Below, piece after piece: positions 48,747-57,618 of a stretch of DNA of 64,000 nt. The DNA lies in contig JAZKFH010000013.1 in NCBI GenBank assembly GCA_040386535.1, forward strand, positions 450,817-514,816, given 5' to 3'. The stretch is from Myxococcota bacterium (GTDB lineage Bacteria > Myxococcota_A > UBA796 > SXON01). The notes below the pieces were generated by a model, which saw only the letters and a program-made list of their open reading frames with translations, was not told where the DNA came from and searched no databases. The position numbers and the translations under genes are program-made. Within the stretch, counting starts at the first letter, position 1. Each line of letters opens with the position of its first letter.

Positions 48747-49373
48747 ATGCTGACGTGGTGGATCCTCGGCTGCGCCTTGCGTGGCGGCGCCGCGCACGAG
48801 GTCGATCTCGCCGATCTCGCGCCGCTCGCGCCCGAAGGCCTGGAGGAGCTGCGCGACGAGGAGCACGGGTTGGCCGTGGCGCGCACGCTGCTCGCCGGGG
48901 CGAGGGTCGAGCAGGACCGGGCCGCGGCCCGGGTGGACGTGGCGAGGGAGCGGCGCCGGCAGGTCGAGCTCGAGCGGAACGTGGAGAAGGCACGCCTGGA
49001 TGCCGCCGAAGCGAGCGCCGACGAGTCGCTGCGAGGCCTGGCCTTGGGACGGTACGAGGAGGCGCGGCGGGCCGTCGACACCGCCGAGGCCGGCGAGCGC
49101 TGGCAGATCGCGGCCGCCGATACCGCGAAGGAGGAGACCCGCCTGGCGGAGGCGCGGGTGAACCTCCGCGAAACGGAGCTCGAGATGGCGCGGCTGGAGC
49201 TCCTCGCCCGGTACGATCAGGGCCGCGGCTACATGCGCAGCGAGTTCGTGGAGCAGCTCCGCGACGCGCAGCGGAAGTACGACGAGGCCCAGCGTCGCTA
49301 CGACCAGGCGTCCGAGAAGTCGATGCGCGCCTACGAGCGGTGGCGTGCGCTCGACGAGCGGGTGCAGGGTTAA
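48747..49373 (+). CDS. Hypothetical coiled-coil (lipo)protein
   Basis: WWILGC lipobox-like start; long E/R/A-rich heptad helix. Confidence 0.6.
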   Translation: MLTWWILGCALRGGAAHEVDLADLAPLAPEGLEELRDEEHGLAVARTLLAGARVEQDRAAARVDVARERRRQVELERNVEKARLDAAEASADESLRGLALGRYEEARRAVDTAEAGERWQIAAADTAKEETRLAEARVNLRETELEMARLELLARYDQGRGYMRSEFVEQLRDAQRKYDEAQRRYDQASEKSMRAYERWRALDERVQG

Positions 49374-49397
49374 GCCCGAGCGCTACCGGAGTCTGGG

Positions 49398-50411
49398 ATG
49401 AAGTACCGTCAGATGGGCCGCACCGGCCTGCGTGTCTCCTCGATCTGCCTCGGGGCGATGACCTTCGGCGAGGCGCCGGGCTTCATGGCCGGGGTCGGCT
49501 GCGACGAGGACACGTCGCGCGGGATCATGGATCGCGCGTTCGACGCGGGGGTCAACTTCATCGACACGGCGGACGTGTACGGGAACGGGCTCTCCGAGGA
49601 GATCGTCGGCCGCTGGATGAAGCCGCGTCGTGACCGCGTCGTGCTCGCCACCAAGGGCCGCTTCACGATGGGCTCCGGCCCCAACGACATGGGGCTCTCG
49701 CGCCTGCACATCAAGCAGGCCGTCGAGGGGAGCCTTCGTAGGCTGGGCACCGACTACATCGACTTGTACCAGGTGCACCTCCAGGACGCGCGTACCCCCA
49801 TCGACGAGACGCTCGACGCGCTCGATCGCCTCGTGACCGAGGGCAAGATCCTCTACACGGGCTGCTCGAACTACACCGGGTACCGCCTCGTCGAGAGCCT
49901 CTGGGCGGCCGAGCGGAACCGCACCGCGCGGTACGACTGCCTCCAGTCGCTCTACAACCTCGTGGATCGCGACGCGGAGAAGGAGCTGCTCCCCGCCTGC
50001 AATGCCTTCGGCGTCGGCTTCATCGCGTGGAGCCCGCTCGCATCGGGCCTCCTGTCGGGCAAGTATCGGCGGGACATGCCGGCGCCCGAGGGCAGCCGCC
50101 TCGCCGCGTGGAAGGACACGATGGCGCGCCTCGATCGCGACGGGAAGTGGAAGGTGGTGGAGACCCTCGCCGCGTGCGCCGCCGAGCTCGGCACCCACCC
50201 CGCCACGCTCGCCCTCGCGTGGGCGCTCGCGCGGCCCGGCATGACCTCGGTCATCATCGGCGCGCGCAACGTCGAGCAGCTCGACGCGAACCTCGCCGCC
50301 GACGCGCTCACCGTCCCCGCCGAGATCCTGGCCCGGCTGGACGTGGCGTCGAAGCCCGAAGAGTGGGGTTATCCCTACGACTTCATCGCGCGGGTGGACG
50401 GGCGCTGGTAG
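49398..50411 (+). CDS. Aldo/keto reductase
   Basis: LGAMTFG, FIDTADVY, ATK, DLYQVH, GCSN, WSPLASG, IIGAR. Confidence 0.92.
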   Translation: MKYRQMGRTGLRVSSICLGAMTFGEAPGFMAGVGCDEDTSRGIMDRAFDAGVNFIDTADVYGNGLSEEIVGRWMKPRRDRVVLATKGRFTMGSGPNDMGLSRLHIKQAVEGSLRRLGTDYIDLYQVHLQDARTPIDETLDALDRLVTEGKILYTGCSNYTGYRLVESLWAAERNRTARYDCLQSLYNLVDRDAEKELLPACNAFGVGFIAWSPLASGLLSGKYRRDMPAPEGSRLAAWKDTMARLDRDGKWKVVETLAACAAELGTHPATLALAWALARPGMTSVIIGARNVEQLDANLAADALTVPAEILARLDVASKPEEWGYPYDFIARVDGRW

Positions 50412-50424
50412 CGCCGAGTCGGCT

Positions 50425-51378
50425 CTACAACTTCACGCGCCCGTCCCACACCTCGGGGCCGAGGTAGGTCACGACGAGGTCCGCGCCGGCCCGGCGGATG
50501 GAGATCAACGTCTCCCGGGCGGCGCGGGCAAAATCGATGCGGCCGGACTTGCCGGCCTCCTTGAGCATCGCGTACTCGCCGCTGACCTGGTACGCGACGA
50601 TGGGGAGATCGTAGCGGCGCCGGGTCTCGGCGATGAGGTCGAGGTTGGTGAGCGCGGGCTTGATCATCAAGAGATCGGCCCCCTCGTGAACGTCGGCGTC
50701 GATCTCGCGCATGGCCTCGCGGCGGTTGGCGGGGTTCATCTGGTAGCCCCGGCGGTCGCCATGTTGGGGCGCGCTCTCCGCGGCGACGCGGAAGGGGCCG
50801 TAGAACGCGGACGACATCTTGGCGGCGTACGACATGAGCAGGGTGTAGGTGTGCCCCGACTCGTCGAGCGCCTTGCGGATGGTGGCGACCCGCCCGTCCA
50901 TCATGTCGCTCGGGCTGATCACGTCGACGCCCGCTTCGGCGAGCATCACGGACATCTTGGCGAGGTGCGCGACCGACTCGTCGTTCTGCACCATGCCGTC
51001 GCGCCAGATGCCGCAGTGGCCGTCGGGAGTGTAGGAGCACAAGCACACGTCGGCCATGACGGTGATGCCGGAGCCCTTGAGCGCCTGGGCGGCGCGAGCC
51101 ACGAGGCCGTTCGGATCGGTCGCGTGGTGGAGGCCCTTCTCGGGCGGCACGCCAAAAAGCATCAACGCCTCGGCGCCGCCGGCCCGCGCGCGGTCGGCCT
51201 CGGCCGCCACCTGGTCGACCGAGAGCTGCCACATGCCGCCATCCTCGGGCACCTCGCGGCGGATCCCCGCGCCCTCGACCACGAAGTAGGCGGGGACCAG
51301 CGCGCGGGCGGGCACGTCGGTCTCGGTGAAGAGGCGGAGGAGCGATTCGGTGCGGCGGAGGCGGCGGAGACGTTGCAT
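50425..51378 (-). CDS. hemB: Porphobilinogen synthase (Zn-type)
   Basis: RLRRLR, DVCLCSYT.DGHCG, PSDMMDGR, FYGPFR, IKPA, AYQVSGEY. Confidence 0.95.
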   Translation of the reverse strand: MQRLRRLRRTESLLRLFTETDVPARALVPAYFVVEGAGIRREVPEDGGMWQLSVDQVAAEADRARAGGAEALMLFGVPPEKGLHHATDPNGLVARAAQALKGSGITVMADVCLCSYTPDGHCGIWRDGMVQNDESVAHLAKMSVMLAEAGVDVISPSDMMDGRVATIRKALDESGHTYTLLMSYAAKMSSAFYGPFRVAAESAPQHGDRRGYQMNPANRREAMREIDADVHEGADLLMIKPALTNLDLIAETRRRYDLPIVAYQVSGEYAMLKEAGKSGRIDFARAARETLISIRRAGADLVVTYLGPEVWDGRVKL

Positions 51379-51436
51379 GGGCGGCGGTGTATCCGGCTCG
51401 TCCAAACGGGGCGGCCCCGCCGCGTCACCGGAGTTT

Positions 51437-51859
51437 CTACGCCTGCTCGGCGCGGGCCCGGTTGGCGCCGGCGAGCGCGAGGTCGGTGAGCGCGCCGTAC
51501 ACGCGGCCCCAGGCGGCCTCGTGCTCGGGGGTCCACTTGTCGCCCGAGAGCTCGGCGAGCGTGGCGATCAGGCACTCGCCCACCCACGGGTACATCTCGT
51601 CGGTCACGCCGTAGCTGATGTGCTTCGCCCCGATGGCGCCGAGGGTGTCGGTGAGCCACTGGCCGTCTTCGATGTGGTCGAGCGCGGCGAGGATCGCGTC
51701 CTGCAGCATCTGCGCCTGCGCGGTGCCGGAGTTGCGGCCAAACAGCGGTTTCACCTGGGGGTAGCGCTCGAAGAGGATCTCGTAGAACCGGCGGGTGATG
51801 ACGGGTTCGCGCTCGGCGGCCCAGCCGATGGACTCGGTGAGGAGGTCTTTGTCGTTCAT
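51437..51859 (-). CDS. Single-domain globin (Vgb/Cgb-like)
   Basis: FY (B10 Tyr), PLF (CD1), Q (E7), IGAKH (F8 His), Y..VGE.L, AW...Y; AGGAG RBS. Confidence 0.88.
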   Translation of the reverse strand: MNDKDLLTESIGWAAEREPVITRRFYEILFERYPQVKPLFGRNSGTAQAQMLQDAILAALDHIEDGQWLTDTLGAIGAKHISYGVTDEMYPWVGECLIATLAELSGDKWTPEHEAAWGRVYGALTDLALAGANRARAEQA

Positions 51860-51903
51860 GGGTGGCTCCTGTAGAGGGGGGTGCCCGGAAGGGCGATTCA
51901 TGG

Positions 51904-51921
51904 TATCACAGAGTCCTGATA
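51904..51921. promoter_or_regulatory. Candidate Rrf2/NsrR operator
   Basis: TATCA-N8-TGATA inverted repeat between the divergent globin and Rrf2 genes. Confidence 0.3.
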
Positions 51922-51946
51922 TGGCAACACCTGCCGAGGGGCCCGA

Positions 51947-52408
51947 ATGCAGCTGACCGACCGCACGGATCTCGCGCTCCGCCTGCTGCTCTACCTGGCC
52001 GTCCATGACGACGTTCGTGTGTCCGTCGCGGTGATCGCGCAGGCGTATTCGGCCTCGGAGGCGCACCTCGCCAAGGTGGCGCAAGCGCTCGTGCACGCCG
52101 GGTTCCTCGACTCGGCGCCAGGGCGCGGGGGCGGGGTGCGGCTCACGCGTCCGGCCGCCGAGATCCGTGTGGGGGCGGTGGTCCGCGCGCTGGAGCCCAC
52201 CGCGCTCGTGGCGTGTTTCATCCCCGACGTGGGGTGCCCCGTGGCCGGGCCCTGTGGTCTACAGCCCGCGCTTCGTGCCGCTCGGGACGCGTTCCTCGGG
52301 GTGCTCGACGGCGTGACGCTCGCGGACGCGGCGGCGCAGCGGCCGGCGTTGCGGCAGCGGCTGGGTCTCGGACCGGAAGAGTCCGGGATTCTCAGGGTAG
52401 CGGAGTGA
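51947..52408 (+). CDS. nsrR: Rrf2-family NO-sensing regulator, NsrR-like
   Basis: MQLT..TD.ALR.L.YL, HL.KV, GRGGG..L, three Fe-S Cys (CF...CP...PC.L); divergent from the globin. Confidence 0.8.
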   Translation: MQLTDRTDLALRLLLYLAVHDDVRVSVAVIAQAYSASEAHLAKVAQALVHAGFLDSAPGRGGGVRLTRPAAEIRVGAVVRALEPTALVACFIPDVGCPVAGPCGLQPALRAARDAFLGVLDGVTLADAAAQRPALRQRLGLGPEESGILRVAE

Positions 52409-53003
52409 GCTCGCCCATCCGGCCGTGACGGCTCACCTCGGCGAGTGTGGTGGCGCCGTGGCACAACACGCGCCGCGCCCGTAGGAGCGCGCCCGGGGCG
52501 AGCGTCTCGAAATGGAGCACCGCCGAGGGGCTGGTGAACAGGACGTCGAAGGCGCCGGCCAGCGCGGCGATCGCGGCGGCCGGGAGCGCCTCGGGGCACA
52601 CCGTCCGGTAGAGGACCCACACCACCGCGTCCGGACGCACGCGGCGCACCTCGTCGCCCCCGAGATCGGACGTGGCGCAGATCACCGGGCCCGGTCCCGC
52701 GGCGGCGGCGAGCGCGGCGCCCCCGCCCTCCACGGCGAGGTGGACCGGGAGGCCGGCCGCGAGGAGCGCGCGGGACGTGGCGGGCGCCAGGGCGAGGACG
52801 CGCCACGAGGGGTCGAGGCCGACCTGCGCGAGGGGGCCGACGGCGCGGGGGCTCGTGACGAGCAGATCGGCCCCGGGGAGCGCGGGGCGGGGTGGGGCGA
52901 GCGCGACGAAGGCGAGGCACGGCGCCGGGATGGCGTGGGGGCCGAGCTTCGCGACGAGGGCGCGCGCCTCGTCTTCGGCGCGGGTGACGAGGAGGGGGAT
53001 CAC
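52392..53003 (-). CDS. hemD: Uroporphyrinogen-III synthase (short form)
   Basis: LLVTR, TSP.AV, T.R.L...G, YRT, FTSPSAV, G.TT. Confidence 0.75.
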   Translation of the reverse strand: MIPLLVTRAEDEARALVAKLGPHAIPAPCLAFVALAPPRPALPGADLLVTSPRAVGPLAQVGLDPSWRVLALAPATSRALLAAGLPVHLAVEGGGAALAAAAGPGPVICATSDLGGDEVRRVRPDAVVWVLYRTVCPEALPAAAIAALAGAFDVLFTSPSAVLHFETLAPGALLRARRVLCHGATTLAEVSRHGRMGELTPLP

Positions 53004-53138
53004 GCGGGGAGCCTATCCACGTCGCACGCGAGCCGCGGCGGAGGGATCTCGCGCTCCGAGAGCGTGGCGTCGCCGGGTTCCTGGCCGCGAAACAAGCCGA
53101 ATGTGTGAATGCCGGATAAGGCCGGGCCCGAGGTTTTC

Positions 53139-54184
53139 ATGCTCCTGTGCCTTCTGCTCACGACGCCGGCGCGCGCGCTCGAGGAGGTCTGGTCGTACAA
53201 CGGGTTCCCCGACGACACCGAGATCTCGGGCCGGGACGGCTGGGTGTCCGGGTACACGGCGGACGCCTGGTACGGGATGATCGTGGAGAGCAGCGGGGAC
53301 ACCTGGGCCATGGCCGAGACGGACGACCGTGAGGACGGGGCCCTCGCGTGGGGCGCGGGCGGTCCGACCGACAACTTCCTGGTGCACGCGGCGGCCCCCG
53401 CGGGCGACGGCCGCTTCGACGCCACGTTCTGGACCCAGGACGACGACGCGTTCGGGCTGGTCATCGCCCACAGGACGCGTCGAACTACTACCTGTTCGTG
53501 CTCTGCGGCGCCTCGGACTCCGAGGGAGCGGGCTGTCCGTTCCCGCTGGCCAGCGGCACGGGCAGCGCCCTCGTGCGCATCGAGGATGGTGTCGCCACCG
53601 TGCTTGCCGAGACCGCGGTCTCCTACGAAGAGGGCAACGTCGACGAGTTGAGCTTCGAGCTGAACGACGGCGTGCTCACCGGCACCGCCGATGACGGGGT
53701 GCTGCTCACCGCGTCGGACACGACGTTCACGTCGATGGGCCACGTCGGCTTCTGGGCGTACGACGCGGGGATCGGCGGGCAAGGGGACGACTACTCCTCG
53801 ACCGGCTTCTCGCGGCCCGTGCTCTGGGCCGCGGACGACGACGAAGACGGCGTCATCGACGACGTGGACAATTGCGAGCACGTGGCGAACGCGGGGCAGG
53901 AGGACGCGGACGGGGATGGCGTGGGGGACGTGTGCGGGTCCGCGGGTGACGACACGGGGGAAGTGGACACGGACGGTGAGGACACGGACGGTGCGGACAC
54001 CGACATCGGAGACACGGACGACGTAGGGCCAGACGGGGAGGACACCGACGGCGACCGCGTGGCCGGCGGGATCTCGACGGCCGGCTCGTGCGCGTGCGAC
54101 GGTGGCAGGGGCGGCCTCGTCGGCGTGCTGCCGATCCTCCTGCTCGCGGCCGGGGCGCGCCGCAGACGGGCCTCGAGAGCCTGA
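53139..54184 (+). pseudogene. Frameshifted secreted protein: lectin-like/TSP_C-like domain, TSP3 repeats and MYXO-CTERM-like tail
   Basis: Signal peptide; reading frame shifts at about 53471 (GCCCACAGGAC; one extra C restores A-H-Q-D); D.D.DG..D..DNC...N..Q.D.DGDG.GD.C; SCAC-TM-RRRR tail. Confidence 0.75.
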
Positions 54185-54225
54185 CTTCGAGCGCGGGCCC
54201 CGCGGGGCGAGCCTGCGCGGCTCAA

Positions 54226-55104
54226 TCACCCACCGGTCCGCCATGGGGCCCCGCGGCTCGCCACCACCACTGCCTCCCCGAAGCGCCGCACCGCTGGCCG
54301 CTCCCACCCCGAGGGGCGCGCGCACAGCACCACTGGCCGCGCGATGCCGCCGGGGAGTGGCACCAGCACGGCGTCGGAGACCCCGAGGCTGCGTGCGATG
54401 CCGATGGGGACGAGCGCATGGCCGAACCCTGCGCGCGCCATCTGGACCGCGGAACCAAAGGACTCGATCCGCGCGACCACCTCGACCCGCCAGGGGCCCC
54501 GCGCCCGCGCGAGCCGCCGCGCCAACCACGCGCCGGTGAGGGAGCCGGGCTCGATGGTCCAGACTGGCACGACCGCGCCGGGAGCGGGCGAGAGGGGCGC
54601 CTCGCCGCTCGGGACGAGCACCATCGGCTCGGAGCCGAGCGGCTCGACGTGCAGGCCCTCCTCGGCGCCGGACACGACCACGGCGAGGTCGACCTCGCCG
54701 GCGCGGAGCCGCTCCAGCGCGAGCGGGCCGCGGTGGGCGTGCAGCTCGAGCCGCGGCGCGGCCCCGGGCGTGTCCACGGCGGCGCGGAGCACGGCGGGCA
54801 ACCACGAGGCGACGAGCGACTCGGTGGCGGCGATGCGAACCGTGGCGACACCGGCGGTGTCGAGGGCGGTGAGCCGCTCTTCGAGCGCGCGGAGGAGCGG
54901 CAGCGCGTCTTCGAGGAGCCGCAGCCCGGCCGGCGTCAGGCGTGCGTTTCGGCCGTGCCGCTCCAACAACGGCGCCCCGACGCGGACCTCCAGGGCCGCG
55001 ATGCGCTTGCTCACCGCGCTCTGGGTGATCCGCAGGCGCGTGGCGGCGCGACGGGTGGTGCCGGCTTCGTGCAGGGCGCGGAGCGCGTCGAGCTGGTCGA
55101 GCAT
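54226..55104 (-). CDS. LysR-family transcriptional regulator
   Basis: AA.RL.ITQSAVSKRI..LE..G..L..R.GR..LT.AG. Confidence 0.9.
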   Translation of the reverse strand: MLDQLDALRALHEAGTTRRAATRLRITQSAVSKRIAALEVRVGAPLLERHGRNARLTPAGLRLLEDALPLLRALEERLTALDTAGVATVRIAATESLVASWLPAVLRAAVDTPGAAPRLELHAHRGPLALERLRAGEVDLAVVVSGAEEGLHVEPLGSEPMVLVPSGEAPLSPAPGAVVPVWTIEPGSLTGAWLARRLARARGPWRVEVVARIESFGSAVQMARAGFGHALVPIGIARSLGVSDAVLVPLPGGIARPVVLCARPSGWERPAVRRFGEAVVVASRGAPWRTGG

Positions 55105-55167
55105 CGTTTCCTTTTCCTACTCGATCTCGCGCCGGTTTGTCGACAGACCGCGCGCCGGCGACGGGGC

Positions 55168-55950
55168 ATGTTCCGAGCACCCGAGGCCCCCGTGGATGCT
55201 GCTCTTCTCCTTGCCCTCTCCGTCGCCGCGTTCGGCACCGCCGCGCTCTCGGCCACCTTCGGCATGGCGGGCGGCCTCCTGCTGATGGGCGTGTACACCG
55301 CGCTGCTGCCCGTGCCGGAGGCGATGGTGCTGCACGGGGTCACCCAGCTGGTGTCGAACGGCGGGCGCGCCTGGCTGCTGCGCGGGCACGTGCGGGGCGG
55401 CGGGGTCCGCTTCTACCTGCTCGGCGCCGCGGCGGCGTGGATCCTGCTGCGCAGCGCGGCGTGGGTGCCGGACGAGGCCACCGTGTTCCTCGGCATCGGC
55501 GCCATCCCGTTCGTGGCGCTGGCCCTCCCTCCTTCGGCCGCGCTCGACTTCGGCCGGCGGCGCGGCGCCACCCTCTGCGGCGCCCTGGTCGCGGGCGCCC
55601 AGCTCGCCTTCGGCGTCGCCGGGCCGCTCCTCGATGTGTTCTTCGTCCGCACGGCGCTGCTCCGCCGCGAGGTCGTCGCGACCAAGGCCGTCGTCTCCGC
55701 CTTGTCTCACGCGCTCAAGGTCGCGTTCTTCGCGCCCATCCTCCTCGTGGCCGACCCCGTGAGCGTCGACCCGCTACCCGGCCTCGCGCTCGCCGCCGCG
55801 GTCACGGTGGTGGGCGCCCTCGGGGGGACGCGCGTGGGCGGCGTGATGCTCGAGCGGATGGGAGAGGACACCTTCCGCCGCTGGACGCGCCGGCTGGTGC
55901 TCGCCATCGGCGCCGTGTTCCTGGCGCGCGGGGTGGTGGCGTTGGGCTGA
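55168..55950 (+). CDS. TSUP/TauE-SafE family membrane protein
   Basis: GMAGGLL, LHG.TQL..N..R, GVAGP; about 8 TM segments; divergent from LysR. Confidence 0.8.
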   Translation: MFRAPEAPVDAALLLALSVAAFGTAALSATFGMAGGLLLMGVYTALLPVPEAMVLHGVTQLVSNGGRAWLLRGHVRGGGVRFYLLGAAAAWILLRSAAWVPDEATVFLGIGAIPFVALALPPSAALDFGRRRGATLCGALVAGAQLAFGVAGPLLDVFFVRTALLRREVVATKAVVSALSHALKVAFFAPILLVADPVSVDPLPGLALAAAVTVVGALGGTRVGGVMLERMGEDTFRRWTRRLVLAIGAVFLARGVVALG

Positions 55951-55952
55951 AG

Positions 55953-57524
55953 CTACTCCCGCGTCACGACGATCGCGCGGTCCACGTACCCGGAGATGTC
56001 CACCGCCTGGTCCACCCCGTCCGGCCAGCGCACCGTGACCGACACCACCCGCGCCTCTCCCAACCCGAACCACGCGCGCGGGTGCGCCGCCGCCGCCCAA
56101 CCCGGCTTGGTTCCCACGTCCCGTGTCAGCACCCCCGCGTCGGTCTCCACCTCCACGCGCGCCCCGATTCCGAAGCGGTTGGGCGCGGGCCCATCCAGCT
56201 CCACGACGAGCGCGCGCGCCGCCGTACACGTGGCCCGGTACAGCCGCGACGGCGTGCCGAGGTTGGACACGAGCAGGTCGGGGAAGCCGTCCCCGTCGAG
56301 GTTCCCGACGGCCACGCCGCGCCCCGCCCCAACGTCGGCGAGCCCGAGCGCGGCGGCAACGTCGGTGTAGAGCCCACCGGAGGCGTCCAACAGCACGTCG
56401 GGCTGGTCGGGCAGTTGGTTTCCACCTGGGCGGTCGTACAGCGGCCCGGTGGCGGCGTACAGGTCGAGATCGCCGTCGTTATCATGGTCGAACGCGGCCG
56501 ATCCGAAGGTCATCCAGTCGGCGTTCGGCACCGCGGTGGCGCCGGTTGCCACGGCCACGTCGACGAACCCCAGGAGGCCGTCGTTCCGCAACAGGGGCGA
56601 GGGCCCGGTGTTGGTGACGAACAGGTCGACGAGCCCGTCGCCGTCGAGATCCGCGGGGCTGGTCCCCATGTTGGAGCCGGTGTACCCGCAGGTGCAGGAC
56701 TCGGTGAAGTCCAGGAACTGCTCGCGGATGGCATCCGCCCCTTGGTTGCGGAACAGGCGCGAGGGCCCGTTGACACGTTGGTCGGCGTTCGCGACGTACA
56801 AGTCGAGGTCCCGATCGAGGTCGAGGTCGAACCACGTGGCCTGCCACCCGAGCCCGGCGCGCCCCTCGGCGGGGATGAGGTCGGACACGTCGGTAAAGGT
56901 GCTGGCATCGTGGCGGAACAGGCGGTGCAACGCGAGCGGGTCCGAGGGATCGCCGTTGTTGTCGGTGACGACGTACAGGTCGGGATCCCCGTCGCCGTCG
57001 TAGTCGCCGAACGCGCCGTCGCGGATGTTGCGGCTGACCTCGACGCCGGCGAGGCCCCAGGCGGCGCTCACGTCCACGAACACGCCGCCGTCGTTCTCGT
57101 AGAGGCGCAGGCCGCCGACCTTGCCGCCCGCGAACAGGTCCAGGTCCCGGTCGCCGTCGAGATCGGTGAGCGCGAGCGTCTCGAGCTCGGTCACGGTGTC
57201 GACCGAGGTGACCGTGAAGTGGTAGCCGTCGTTGCGGTGGAGCCAGAGGCCGGTGAACAGGTCGCCCAGGAGCACGTCGTCGTCGCCGTCTCCGTCGAGA
57301 TCGGCGAACGCGACGGGCGGGTGCTCCTTGCGCCCGGGATCGGCGGACGTTGTGTCCACGAGCCCCATCGCCGCGCCGACCTCGACATAGGTCACGGTCG
57401 AGGCGGGATCCGCGCACCAGGCCTCGGGTGTGGCGGTGTCCGCGGCGGTCTCGCCAGTGGTGCCGTCGGCGTCGGTCGAACCTCCCGGTTCCGCGTGGCA
57501 GGCGAGGAGCACGAGGAGCATCAT
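55953..57524 (-). CDS. CRTAC1-family lipoprotein (FG-GAP repeats + ASPIC/UnbV)
   Basis: LLAC lipobox; repeated D.DGDGD.DL; NRFGIGARV, FGLG, VRWPDG. Confidence 0.85.
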   Translation of the reverse strand: MMLLVLLACHAEPGGSTDADGTTGETAADTATPEAWCADPASTVTYVEVGAAMGLVDTTSADPGRKEHPPVAFADLDGDGDDDVLLGDLFTGLWLHRNDGYHFTVTSVDTVTELETLALTDLDGDRDLDLFAGGKVGGLRLYENDGGVFVDVSAAWGLAGVEVSRNIRDGAFGDYDGDGDPDLYVVTDNNGDPSDPLALHRLFRHDASTFTDVSDLIPAEGRAGLGWQATWFDLDLDRDLDLYVANADQRVNGPSRLFRNQGADAIREQFLDFTESCTCGYTGSNMGTSPADLDGDGLVDLFVTNTGPSPLLRNDGLLGFVDVAVATGATAVPNADWMTFGSAAFDHDNDGDLDLYAATGPLYDRPGGNQLPDQPDVLLDASGGLYTDVAAALGLADVGAGRGVAVGNLDGDGFPDLLVSNLGTPSRLYRATCTAARALVVELDGPAPNRFGIGARVEVETDAGVLTRDVGTKPGWAAAAHPRAWFGLGEARVVSVTVRWPDGVDQAVDISGYVDRAIVVTRE

Positions 57525-57618
57525 CCGGGGAGGATAGCCGCTTCCCGGCCGTGACAACGTCGGCAACGGCCTCGGCTCCCCGGCGTCACCCGCTCCGCGA
57601 GGCAGGTATGTTGCGCCA

